Assembly: GCA_043822705.1 (NCBI GenBank)
Contig: JBDRBK010000016.1
Coordinates: forward strand, 1-18,840
Reading direction: 5' to 3'
Length of the DNA stretch: 18,840 bases
DNA from: Fidelibacterota bacterium
GTDB taxonomy: Bacteria > Fidelibacterota > Marinisomatia > Marinisomatales > TCS56
Shown piece by piece: positions 1-8,451 of this stretch. Positions within the stretch are counted from its first letter, which is position 1. Every line of letters begins with the position of its first letter. The translations under genes were made by a program, and so were the position numbers. The notes beneath the pieces were generated by a model. That model saw only the letters and a program-made list of their open reading frames with translations. It ran no database searches and was not told where the DNA came from.

Positions 1-203
1 GGTGACAAATCAACGCAATGCAGGTTGCTGAAACCATTGTGCGCCAGCAGTTTGAGCTGGTCGCCGGTGCCGCCGCAGAGGTCGACGATCGCGGCCTGGC
101 GATCACCGATCAATTCCCGCAGTACGGTCCGGCGGATCGGACGCATGACCCAATTGAGCAGCGGATCGTAAAGCCGGGCGACCAGCGAATAGTTACCGGT
201 CAT
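1..203 (-). CDS. class I SAM-dependent methyltransferase (UbiE-like), 5' part only; runs off the window edge
   Basis: Not in the ORF track. Manual translation from ATG at 203 gives MTGNYSLVARLYDPLLNWVMRPIRRTVLRELIGDRQAAIVDLCGGTGDQLKLLAHNGFSNLHCVDLS, with SAM motif I (VDLCGGTG) and the post-I acidic motif (CVDLS). The ATG directly follows the TGA of the upstream gene. Confidence 0.85.
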   Translation of the reverse strand, partial: MTGNYSLVARLYDPLLNWVMRPIRRTVLRELIGDRQAAIVDLCGGTGDQLKLLAHNGFSNLHCVDLS

Positions 204-725
204 TCAGGATTTTATCCGGTAGGTGATTTGAACTACACCGTCGGGATAAACTTCGCTGGCGATAATCTCCATTTCCATCTCGGCGGCCTGTTCCGCGAAA
301 AGCGGAATTCCCGTTCCCAATGCCACCGGTATGTAGGATACGGTCAATTCGTCTATCAGTCCCGCCCGTAAAAATGCCGCGGCCGTTTTGCCGCCGCCCA
401 CCAGCCAGATATGGTTGTAGCCGGATTGATTCAATTCAGCTACCAACTGATCGACGGTGGTGACGAATTTTATAGCGATATGTTCGCCTATTAACAAACG
501 GCTGGTCAGTACTAAGGCCGGTTTCCCGGAATAGGGCCAGTCGCCGAAGCCACGAATCTGCTCGTAGGTTGTGCGACCCATTACCAGGGCGTCGACTGAA
601 TCGTAGAACGCGGCATACCCGTAATCCTGGTTGCTTTGGTGGAACGGGTCCAGCCAGTCGATGCTGCCATCGCTGCGGGCGATGTAACCATCGATGCTGG
701 CAGCGGCGTAGTAGGTGATTTTCAT
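204..725 (-). CDS. dihydrofolate reductase / RibD C-terminal family protein
   Basis: Motifs AASIDGYIA, LVMGRTTYE, IWLVGGG, GLIDE and PVALGTGIPLF; 173 aa is the typical size. Confidence 0.92.
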   Translation of the reverse strand: MKITYYAAASIDGYIARSDGSIDWLDPFHQSNQDYGYAAFYDSVDALVMGRTTYEQIRGFGDWPYSGKPALVLTSRLLIGEHIAIKFVTTVDQLVAELNQSGYNHIWLVGGGKTAAAFLRAGLIDELTVSYIPVALGTGIPLFAEQAAEMEMEIIASEVYPDGVVQITYRIKS

Positions 726-738
726 TGAGCTTTACCGG

Positions 739-1437
739 CTATGACAGGATCAGATAGCGCTTGCCGACCTCGGCCCTTTTCCGATCCATATTGTATTCCT
801 GCCATATTTCCTTTGGGAAGAGTTTCAGCTTGAACCTGTTGGTCTGGTCATTTTTCTCCGGTGGCAGGAACAGGTGATTCCATGAAGCCACTCGGACCCA
901 GGGAATTCCATCCTGGCTTACAGCATCCAGTTCAATTTTCAGTTCATAATTGGGAATGTTGATTTCCTTATGCTCCGGAATCTCAAACCGCAGTTCCAGT
1001 AATCCTGTCAGGCCGGAATCATCGAAGCTGTATCTGGCATAGATTCCTTCCACGTCATGTTTACCGAACTGGACTTGCTGAATTCCGCCGCTGTTGGGGA
1101 TGTAGAGAAAATTGGTATATACCAGAGGCAGAAAGAACTGTTTTACGATTTCTACCGGCGTAGTCTTGAATCTGCGGCCGAAATCGGGAAATTCGTTCTC
1201 CCAATCGAGGAAGTAGCCGACATGCACTACCCCTTTTTCCCGTTCCACGTTCATCAGGTAATAAACATTCTCCAGCCAGGCCGGATTTTCAATATAAATG
1301 CCCTGGTTTTCGACCCAACGGTGTATCTCTGCCTGGTCGGCCTGGTATTCAAAAATGGACTCGGGAAGAATAGTTGGCTCCTGACAGAACAGACCGCCGC
1401 CCACAGACAGTAGCAGGATTATTTTTCTTATTGGCAT
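739..1437 (-). CDS. hypothetical exported protein
   Basis: 232-aa ORF co-oriented and closely packed with its neighbours; signal-peptide-like N-terminus MPIRKIILLLSVGGGLFC; no family recognised with confidence. Confidence 0.75.
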   Translation of the reverse strand: MPIRKIILLLSVGGGLFCQEPTILPESIFEYQADQAEIHRWVENQGIYIENPAWLENVYYLMNVEREKGVVHVGYFLDWENEFPDFGRRFKTTPVEIVKQFFLPLVYTNFLYIPNSGGIQQVQFGKHDVEGIYARYSFDDSGLTGLLELRFEIPEHKEINIPNYELKIELDAVSQDGIPWVRVASWNHLFLPPEKNDQTNRFKLKLFPKEIWQEYNMDRKRAEVGKRYLILS

Positions 1438-1487
1438 TGATACCCTGTTTTAGTAACAGTTCCGATTGGTCGTAATGGTTATGCTCT

Positions 1488-3179
1488 TCACTTTTTTTCG
1501 AAGACGATTTTGCCACCAACCACCGTCATCAGCACTTGAACATCCCGGATTGTTTCCGGCGGGATGGCGGTCAAATCGCAGTCGATGACCACGAAGTCGG
1601 CCAGCTTGCCCGGTTCCAGGCTGCCCTTGATGTTTTCTTCAAAACTGGCATAGGCTGCGGCACTGGTGTAGGCCCGCAGCGCTTCATCCACGGTCAGTTT
1701 TTCTGCCGGTATCCAGCCGTCGGGGTTTTTATCATCCAGGGTGCGGCGGGTGACGGCGGCATAGATGCCCTCCAACGGGGTCGGCGGCGCCACGTACCAG
1801 TCGCTGCCGAAAGCCAGCGTCACGCCATGGTCGGCCAGGGACCGGAAAGCATAGGTGGTTTTGCAGCGTTCGTAGCCGATATAACTTTCGGCCCAGCGGC
1901 CGTCGTCGATGCAGTGGTAGGGCTGCATCGAGGCAATCACCGCCAGGTCGCGGTAGCGCACGAAATCCTTGGGATCGATATGCTGGGAATGCTCGATCCG
2001 GAAGCGGCGGTCCCGGGGACCGTTCTCCGCTGTGGCGCGGGCGTAGTTATCCAGCAGCAGACTGATGGCCCGGTCGCCGATGGCGTGTATCATAACCTGC
2101 AGGCCGGCGGCATCAGCCTTTTGGATCAGTTGATAGATTGCTTCCGGGTCGTTGACCAGCAGGCCGCTATTGGTGGTATCGTCGATGAATGGTTCGAAAA
2201 AAGCGGCGGTGTGGGAGCCCAGGGAGCCGTCCATGAATTCTTTCAGGCCGCCCCAGCGCAGCCATTCATCGCCATTGGCATTGCCGGTGACTTTTTCCGC
2301 CAGTTTTTCCCAGGTGCCCAGGGGCACGGCGGCGCTGATCCGGACCGTGAGCTGCTTCTTTTGATGGGCCGCCTCGAAGATCCGCAGATCGTCCCAAGTG
2401 CCCATGTGTCCGATGGATGTGACCCCCTGCCGGTTGACATATTCCATGGCTGCCGCCAGGGCGCGGAATTTCAGCGAATCCGGCGGCTCGGACTGGAATT
2501 TATCCACCAGCGGCATGGCATTGTCCTTCAGGATGCCGGTGGGAACTCCCGCCGTATCACGGACGATGGTGCCGCCATCGATATCGGCGATGCCGGCGTA
2601 GATGCCGGCGATTTGCAGTGCCAGTGAATTAGCCAGGGCCATGTGGCCGTCCAGGCGGTTGATCCAGACCGGATTTTCCGGCGTCACGGCGTCGATCCAG
2701 TCCCGCGTGGGCAGCTCGCCGCCCCACAAGGTATGGTCCCAGTCACCGCCGGTAATCCAGGTGCCCGCTTCCAGGGTTTGGGTATATTCGCCGATCCGGC
2801 GGACGAATTCTTCTCTGGTGGCCGCATCACGTAATTGCACCGATGCCAGATTGAAACCACCGCCGAGGAAATGCAGATGGGCGTCGTTGAAACCGGGCGT
2901 GATGAATTTTCCATCGGCGTCGATAATCCTGGTGGTCGGTCCGGCCAGTTGGGTTATCTCCGCCGCCGTTCCCACCGCCAGAATCTTATCGCCGGCTATC
3001 GCCAGTGCTTCTGCGCGTGGCGCGGCCTGGTTGCCGGTCCAGATTTTGGCATTGGTAATCAGCAGTGTTGCTTGCGTGTCCATATTCTTACAACTCCAGC
3101 AGTTGAGTGACATTAAACTCCACAAAATCCAGATCCCCGCCAGGCGCGAGCGCCCGGAGAAATTTTTATTTGTCATCAT
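1488..3179 (-). CDS. metal-dependent amidohydrolase, YtcJ-like (amidohydrolase_3), probably exported or a lipoprotein
   Basis: Motifs PGFNDAHLH, RLDGHMALANS, KEFMDGSLGSHTA, IHAIGDRA, RIEHSQ, FGSDW and GSLEPGKLADFVV. Start moved from 3242 to ATG 3179 (or 3176) because 3242 collides with the divergent gene start. A hydrophobic segment ending in NCWSC follows the start. Confidence 0.92.
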   Translation of the reverse strand: MMTNKNFSGRSRLAGIWILWSLMSLNCWSCKNMDTQATLLITNAKIWTGNQAAPRAEALAIAGDKILAVGTAAEITQLAGPTTRIIDADGKFITPGFNDAHLHFLGGGFNLASVQLRDAATREEFVRRIGEYTQTLEAGTWITGGDWDHTLWGGELPTRDWIDAVTPENPVWINRLDGHMALANSLALQIAGIYAGIADIDGGTIVRDTAGVPTGILKDNAMPLVDKFQSEPPDSLKFRALAAAMEYVNRQGVTSIGHMGTWDDLRIFEAAHQKKQLTVRISAAVPLGTWEKLAEKVTGNANGDEWLRWGGLKEFMDGSLGSHTAAFFEPFIDDTTNSGLLVNDPEAIYQLIQKADAAGLQVMIHAIGDRAISLLLDNYARATAENGPRDRRFRIEHSQHIDPKDFVRYRDLAVIASMQPYHCIDDGRWAESYIGYERCKTTYAFRSLADHGVTLAFGSDWYVAPPTPLEGIYAAVTRRTLDDKNPDGWIPAEKLTVDEALRAYTSAAAYASFEENIKGSLEPGKLADFVVIDCDLTAIPPETIRDVQVLMTVVGGKIVFEKK

Positions 3180-3240
3180 AAAACCTTTCAGTGGTTTTCG
3201 CGCGGTCCTAACTTCCCCGGCAAAGAAACAGCCTTTTGCC

Positions 3241-4146
3241 ATGAAAAATATAGCACCGATTGTCTATCGCCTGATCCCGATTTTTTTTCTGCTCACGACC
3301 GCCGTATCGGCGGCGGAGTGGGAAACCACTGCGGCCGGCCGGCTGGCCGTGGTTTCCATGGAAAACGCCCCCTATCCCGATACCAGCCGCGCCGCTGGCT
3401 ACACCCGCCAGGATGAATTCTATCCCCCGGAAATTCACTACTGCGATCCGTCGGTAGCCCTCTTCGTCCCGGCCGGATTTCAAGCCGGCCAAGCGGTCGA
3501 CCTGCTGTTCTATTTCCACGGCCACGGCAACAACCTGCACCAGGCTCTGGACCAGTTTCGGTTGCGGGAGATGGTGGCTGCCAGCGGCCGGAATGTAATC
3601 ATGGTTTTTCCCCAGGGACCGAAGGACGCCCGTGATTCGGGCTGCGGTAAATTAGAATCCGCCGGTGGTTTCGAACGACTGGTGGCGGAGGTGCTGGACA
3701 CGCTGACGGCGACGGGTATCATCGCTGAGGATAAAATCGGCACGATCATTCTATCCGGACACAGCGGCGCCTACAAGGTGATCGGCCGGATTCTGCATTA
3801 TGGCGGCCTGACCGCAAAAATCAGTGCCGTGTATCTGCTGGATGCCAGCTACGGCCAGCTGGATGTTTTCACTGACTGGGTGGCCGGCGACAAAACCGTT
3901 CGGCTACGCAGTATTTTCACCGACCATCTGGCGCCGGAAAATGTGACCATCATGAAAAATCTCAGCCGGCGGGGTATCAAATTCACACTGCTGGCCGAGG
4001 AATCAGTCACGGCGGCCGACCTCAAACAGCGCGTCCTGTTCCTCCATGCCGCCAATCTGACCCACAACGAAACAGTGAACTGGCTGGAACGTTTCCTGGC
4101 CGGCAGCGCGTTGCGGTCAATACCGGAATTGCGCCGTAAACAATAA
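3241..4146 (+). CDS. secreted alpha/beta-hydrolase-fold protein
   Basis: Real part of track ORF 2602..4146. ATG 3241 starts a signal peptide (MKNIAPIVYRLIPIFFLLTTAVSA). It has an oxyanion-type YFHGHG, a nucleophile elbow LSGHSGAY, YLLDASY and a late His (LTHNE). Confidence 0.8.
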   Translation: MKNIAPIVYRLIPIFFLLTTAVSAAEWETTAAGRLAVVSMENAPYPDTSRAAGYTRQDEFYPPEIHYCDPSVALFVPAGFQAGQAVDLLFYFHGHGNNLHQALDQFRLREMVAASGRNVIMVFPQGPKDARDSGCGKLESAGGFERLVAEVLDTLTATGIIAEDKIGTIILSGHSGAYKVIGRILHYGGLTAKISAVYLLDASYGQLDVFTDWVAGDKTVRLRSIFTDHLAPENVTIMKNLSRRGIKFTLLAEESVTAADLKQRVLFLHAANLTHNETVNWLERFLAGSALRSIPELRRKQ

Positions 4147-4156
4147 AGGATAATTT

Positions 4157-4918
4157 ATGCGACCATATCTGCTGGCCGAGAGCCACTGGAAAGATATCAA
4201 GGAGCGCTCGATCGACCTGGCGATTCTGCCCTGGGGCGCGATAGAAGCCCATAATTATCACCTGCCCTATGCCACCGATGTGATCGAATCGGACCGTCTG
4301 GCCGCGGCCGCCGCGGAAATCGCCTGGCAAAGGGGAGCCCGCCTGATCGTCCTGCCAACCGTTCCCTACGGCGTCAATACCGGGCAAAGCGATATCCGGC
4401 TGGTGCTGAATATCAATCCCAGCACCCAGGCCGCGATCCTGAATGATATAATCGCAGTGCTGGACCGCCAGGGAATACGGAAGCTGTTGATCCTCAATAG
4501 TCACGGTGGCAACGATTTCAAACCGCTGCTGCGGGAACTGGGACTGAAATACCCGGCGATGTTCTTGAGCTGCTGCAACTGGTATAGTGCCCTGAATAAA
4601 TCGGATTTCTTTTCGAACGACGGCGACCACGCCGATGAAATGGAAACCAGCCTGCTGCTGCACCTGGTCCCGGAACTGGCGCTGCCGCTGGATCAGGCCG
4701 GTCCGGGAGTGGAACGACGGTCGAAAATCACAGCCATCCGCGAGGGCTGGGCCTGGAGCGAGCGTAAATGGTCCCGGGTCACCGATGACACGGGTATTGG
4801 CGATCCGCGGCAGGCGACGGCGGAGAAAGGGGCGGCATTTTATCGGGCGATCACGGAAAAACTGGCACAGTTGTTCGTTGAAATCGTCGACGCCGATCAG
4901 GATAGTTTATACGAATAG
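4157..4918 (+). CDS. creatininase (creatinine amidohydrolase) family protein
   Basis: Motifs LPWGAIEAHNYHLPYATD, LNSHGGN, DHADEMETS, TGIGDP and ATAEKG; AAGGA ribosome-binding site at 4146-4150. Confidence 0.93.
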   Translation: MRPYLLAESHWKDIKERSIDLAILPWGAIEAHNYHLPYATDVIESDRLAAAAAEIAWQRGARLIVLPTVPYGVNTGQSDIRLVLNINPSTQAAILNDIIAVLDRQGIRKLLILNSHGGNDFKPLLRELGLKYPAMFLSCCNWYSALNKSDFFSNDGDHADEMETSLLLHLVPELALPLDQAGPGVERRSKITAIREGWAWSERKWSRVTDDTGIGDPRQATAEKGAAFYRAITEKLAQLFVEIVDADQDSLYE

Positions 4919-4948
4919 AACCAGTCGGCGTAATTCCATAAATTCTAT

Positions 4949-4977
4949 GTAGGACAACTCTCAAGAGTTGTCCCGAC
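4949..4977. repeat. perfect palindrome preceded by GTAG (REP-like element; probable bidirectional terminator between convergent genes)
   Basis: GGACAACTCT (4952-4961) CA AGAGTTGTCC (4964-4973) is a perfect 10-bp inverted repeat. GTAG lies at 4949-4952, in the 70-bp gap between two convergent stop codons. Confidence 0.6.
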
Positions 4978-4988
4978 GGAAATATCTT

Positions 4989-7187
4989 TTATCCAACGCT
5001 GATAATTTTTTCGCCCTGTGCTACCACCGTACCGATCCGCCAGGCCTGACCGCCGCCGTCGGTAATTCGCTCTAATAATACATCCTTTTTATCATCGGCA
5101 ACGGCAATCAACAATCCGCCGGATGTCTGGGCGTCGTTGAGCAGCAATTGCCGAACCTCGGAAATATTCCCTACGTATTCGACGAACGGGTCGGTGTAAT
5201 TACGGTTGTCGCGGGTACCGCCGGGCACAATGCCGGCAGCGGCCAGATCAAAGGCACCAGGCAGGATCGGAACGGCGGAGCCGTCGATTTCCGCCCCGAC
5301 GCCCGAGCCGCGCAGCATTTCCAGCAAATGCCCCAGCAGTCCGAAGCCGGTTATATCGGTACAGGCGCGGACGCCCACGGCCTGCATGGCCTCGGCGGCG
5401 GATTTATTCAAAGCGGACATCGTTTTGGTGAGTATTTCGGCCTGGTCCGGTTCCAGCAGGCCGCGTTTCAGGGCGGTGGACAGAATCCCGGTGCCGATCG
5501 GCTTGGTCAGGATCAGGGCATCACCCGGCCGCGCGCCGACGTTGGCGATGATCCGGTCGGGATGGATGATGCCGGTGACGGCCAGACCGAATTTTGGTTC
5601 GGTGTCATCCACGGTGTGGCCGCCGATGATGGCGATGCCGGCCTCGGCCGCCTTGTCCTGGGCGCCGCGCAAAATCGCCTCCAGTACCGACAGCGGCAGC
5701 CGGTTGCTGGGAAAACCGACGATATTCAGAGCGAACAGCGCCCGGCCGCCCATGGCGTAAATATCGCTGAGTGAATTGGCGGCGGCGATGGTGCCGAACT
5801 GGTAGGGATCGTCGACGATCGGCGTGAAAAAATCCACGGTCTGAACGATGGCGGTGTTGTCATCGATGCGATAGACGGCCGCATCGTCGGCGGTGTCGGT
5901 CCCCACCAGGATATTGGCGTCATTCGGAACGGCCAGTTTTCGCAGTACTTCCTCCAAAAGTTGCGGCCGTAGTTTGCAGGCGCAACCGAGGCCATGGGTG
6001 AATTGGGTCAGTCTGATTTCTTCCGGTTTGCCATGATCGATGGCTATTTGATCGACTGGCAGGAGTCGTTTGACGACGTGCGAAATTTCGCCAATGGCCC
6101 GGTCGATCTCGTCGCTGGTGGTGAAGCGACCTACCGAAAAGCGGATCGTACCCATGGCGTATTCCAGCGGTATCGCCAGTGCTTCCAGGACGGTGGAAAC
6201 ATCCACCCGGTCGGCGTGGCAGGCGGCGCCGGCCGAGGCTGCCACTGCTTCCAGTTCCGACAGGATCGTATTGGCTTCCAGTCGCGGAAAACTGACGCTG
6301 GCGGTATTGGGCAGCCGCCGTTCCGGATGACCGTTAATACGAATTTTTGGGAATTCTTTATTTAACCCCGCTTCCAGCCGGTCACGCATTCTGGTCAGGT
6401 GCGCCGTCGATTTTTTCAGGTTTTCTCCGGCCAGCTCGCAGGCCTTGCCCAGCCCGACAATCTCGATCACGTTTTCAGTCCCGGCGCGGCGATTCATTTC
6501 ATGATCGGCGCCGTGGATTTGTTTGCTCAGTTTTACGCCTGCTTTTACATAGAGAGCGCCGACGCCTTTCGGGGCGTAAACCTTATGACCGGCCAGCGAA
6601 AGCAGATCGACACCCAGTTCGGTTACCGTGACCGGAATTTTGCCGACGGATTGGGCGCAATCGCTGTGCAGCAGGACTCCGTGGCGATGGGCGATTGCGG
6701 CTATCTCGGCAATCGGTTCGATGGTACCGATCTCGTTGTTGGCGTGCATGATTGATATCAGAATGGTCTGTGGGGTAATTGCCTCTTCCACCTGCCGTGG
6801 ATCGATCAAGCCGAATTCGTCGACGGGCAGGCAGGTGATTTTGAATCCCTTGGTAGCCAGGTGAGCACAGACTGCGCTCACGGCCGGGTGCTCGATAGCG
6901 GAGGTAATAATATGATTGCCCCGGTCGCGGTAGGCTTCTGCCACGCCCTTGATGGCGTAATTATTGGCTTCCGAACCGCCGCTGGTGAAAATTACCTCGG
7001 AAGGCTCACAGTTCAACAGAGCAGCTACCTGGCGCCGGGCGGAAGCGACGGCTTTGCGGGCGGTGATTCCAAACAAATGGCTGCTGGAAGGATTGCCGAA
7101 ATGTTCGCTGATATAGGGCTGTAGTGCTTCGGCCACCCGCGGGTCGATGGGAGTAGTGGCGTTGTAATCAAGATAAATTGGTTTCAT
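4989..7187 (-). CDS. selD: fused NifS-like cysteine desulfurase/selenocysteine lyase (N-terminal) and selenide,water dikinase SelD (C-terminal)
   Basis: N-terminal ~375 aa: IYLDYNATTP, FGNPSS, IFTSGGSEANN, IEHPAV, MHANNEIG, PLP lysine AGHKVYAPKG, RAGTEN and catalytic SAGAACH. C-terminal ~345 aa: LTQFTHGLGCACKL, DDAAVY, QTVDFFTPIVDDP, ANSLSDIYAMGG, GGHT, LTKPIGTG, TDITGFGLLGHL and DAQTSGGLL. One uninterrupted 732-aa frame. Confidence 0.96.
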   Translation of the reverse strand: MKPIYLDYNATTPIDPRVAEALQPYISEHFGNPSSSHLFGITARKAVASARRQVAALLNCEPSEVIFTSGGSEANNYAIKGVAEAYRDRGNHIITSAIEHPAVSAVCAHLATKGFKITCLPVDEFGLIDPRQVEEAITPQTILISIMHANNEIGTIEPIAEIAAIAHRHGVLLHSDCAQSVGKIPVTVTELGVDLLSLAGHKVYAPKGVGALYVKAGVKLSKQIHGADHEMNRRAGTENVIEIVGLGKACELAGENLKKSTAHLTRMRDRLEAGLNKEFPKIRINGHPERRLPNTASVSFPRLEANTILSELEAVAASAGAACHADRVDVSTVLEALAIPLEYAMGTIRFSVGRFTTSDEIDRAIGEISHVVKRLLPVDQIAIDHGKPEEIRLTQFTHGLGCACKLRPQLLEEVLRKLAVPNDANILVGTDTADDAAVYRIDDNTAIVQTVDFFTPIVDDPYQFGTIAAANSLSDIYAMGGRALFALNIVGFPSNRLPLSVLEAILRGAQDKAAEAGIAIIGGHTVDDTEPKFGLAVTGIIHPDRIIANVGARPGDALILTKPIGTGILSTALKRGLLEPDQAEILTKTMSALNKSAAEAMQAVGVRACTDITGFGLLGHLLEMLRGSGVGAEIDGSAVPILPGAFDLAAAGIVPGGTRDNRNYTDPFVEYVGNISEVRQLLLNDAQTSGGLLIAVADDKKDVLLERITDGGGQAWRIGTVVAQGEKIISVG

Positions 7188-7270
7188 CGGTGCTTCGTTT
7201 CTGTTAGCTAATTATAATATTGGTGACGTTAATGTACGACGCCGGCATGGTTTACTGCCAACGTCAGTGT

Positions 7271-7288
7271 AAATTTATCGCTAAATTT
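7271..7288. promoter_or_regulatory. palindromic candidate operator in the divergent promoter region
   Basis: AAATTTA-TCGC-TAAATTT perfect dyad in the AT-rich gap (7188-7320) between divergent genes; function unproven. Confidence 0.3.
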
Positions 7289-7320
7289 CAGGTTGTTAAT
7301 CATTTAGAAAATAATTCGGT

Positions 7321-8388
7321 TTGGCGCGGCCAATAAAATTCAACCAACTGCCCGATCAGCGTTTCGACGAACGTGATACACTATTCGCCCGCATGAACCG
7401 TTCGGCGGGAACGGAACCGTATAACGATTATTACCAGCGGCGACCGGAATTGCAGGATATCGACGACCGCCTGCGCTCGATGCCGGCGCTGCTCGATCCC
7501 GAGGGACTATATTACGATCAGGAAATAATGACCCGGACCGGACAGTATTTCGCTGATATCGATAAAATTGAAGTTGACCATGAATTTGTCTGTGACTGGT
7601 CCGTCAAACTGACTGCGGCACGGGATAAATCAACTTTAATCAAAAAATTGACCCGGCAGTTAGGTGCCGTTGCCGTTGGTTTTTGCGAACTGGACCAGGA
7701 ATTTATTTATACGCAAAAGGGAAGATTTGATCATGATTATGGTCGGAATATAGAATTGGACCATCCGCGGATGATTGTATTTCTGGTGGAAATGGATTAC
7801 CAGCGGATGCAGCGGGCGCCCAAAGCTGACACTTTCCTGGAGTCGGCCCGCCAGTACTACCGGGCGGCGGTAATTTCCCGGACGGTGGCGGCAATTCTGG
7901 AGCAATCCGGTTATCCAGCCAAGGCCCATTATGATGCTCATTATGATTTGATTCTGCCGCCGCTGGCGATCAAGGCCGGACTGGGCGAACTGGGCCGCAA
8001 CAATATTCTGATTGCCGACAAATACGGCAGCCGGGTACGCATCGGAGCGGTCACGACCGCTTTGCCGTTGTGCCCGGACCACCCGGTTACACTGGGCGCA
8101 AGGCACTTCTGTGAAATTTGTAGAAAATGTGTCCGCCGTTGTCCCCCCAAAGCGCTGGCATTGGGTGAAAAGGAAACCGTTCGGGGTGTTGACAAATGGC
8201 CGACCAAAGTTGAGAAGTGCTACACTTACTGGCGCCGGGTGGGCACCGATTGCGGACTGTGCATGGCGGTTTGCCCGTTTTCGCACCGGAATAGCTGGTT
8301 GCATAATTTGGTACGGCTTTTTATCAGGCATTTTCCGATCCTGCACCGTCCGGCGCGTTGGCTGGATGATCTGATTTACGGGCGCTGA
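7321..8388 (+). CDS. reductive dehalogenase / epoxyqueuosine reductase superfamily protein with two 4Fe-4S clusters (putatively cobalamin-dependent)
   Basis: AGLGELGRNNILI..KYGSRVRIGAVTT, CX2CX2CX3CP (CEICRKCVRRCP) and CX10CX2CX3CP (CYTYWRRVGTDCGLCMAVCP), plus LGAVAVG. TTG start; an in-frame TAA at 7312-7314 prevents extension upstream. Confidence 0.88.
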   Translation: MARPIKFNQLPDQRFDERDTLFARMNRSAGTEPYNDYYQRRPELQDIDDRLRSMPALLDPEGLYYDQEIMTRTGQYFADIDKIEVDHEFVCDWSVKLTAARDKSTLIKKLTRQLGAVAVGFCELDQEFIYTQKGRFDHDYGRNIELDHPRMIVFLVEMDYQRMQRAPKADTFLESARQYYRAAVISRTVAAILEQSGYPAKAHYDAHYDLILPPLAIKAGLGELGRNNILIADKYGSRVRIGAVTTALPLCPDHPVTLGARHFCEICRKCVRRCPPKALALGEKETVRGVDKWPTKVEKCYTYWRRVGTDCGLCMAVCPFSHRNSWLHNLVRLFIRHFPILHRPARWLDDLIYGR

Positions 8389-8451
8389 TTTTTATTTTGT
8401 CATAGAGTAATGCAATTCCGATTTTTCTAATTGCTTACCGTCCTTTGTACA

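Noticed and set aside
204..725. Naming the gene folA or ribD
   Set aside because: The motifs fit the broad RibD-C/DHFR-like family. There is no deaminase domain and no specific evidence for true folA.
1536..2627. Long antisense or alternate-frame ORFs (also 4022-4663, 5148-5774, 7660-8346, 11897-13093, 13133-13867, 15608-16348, 16793-17491)
   Set aside because: Shadow frames of GC-rich genes with clear family motifs on the other strand; they show no motifs of their own.
2602..3240. N-terminal extension of the 514-aa + strand ORF
   Set aside because: It is antisense to the well-supported amidohydrolase, and a clean signal peptide begins at ATG 3241.
5970..6000. Selenocysteine (UGA) recoding in the SelD active site
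   Set aside because: The codons read GGT TGC GCC TGC AAA (GCACK). The catalytic residue is Cys and the ORF has no in-frame TGA, so no SECIS is needed.
7321..8388. Naming the gene queG or a respiratory rdhA
   Set aside because: I do not see the QueG-typical N-terminal motifs, and it lacks the Tat signal and rdhB partner of respiratory enzymes. Only a superfamily call is supportable.
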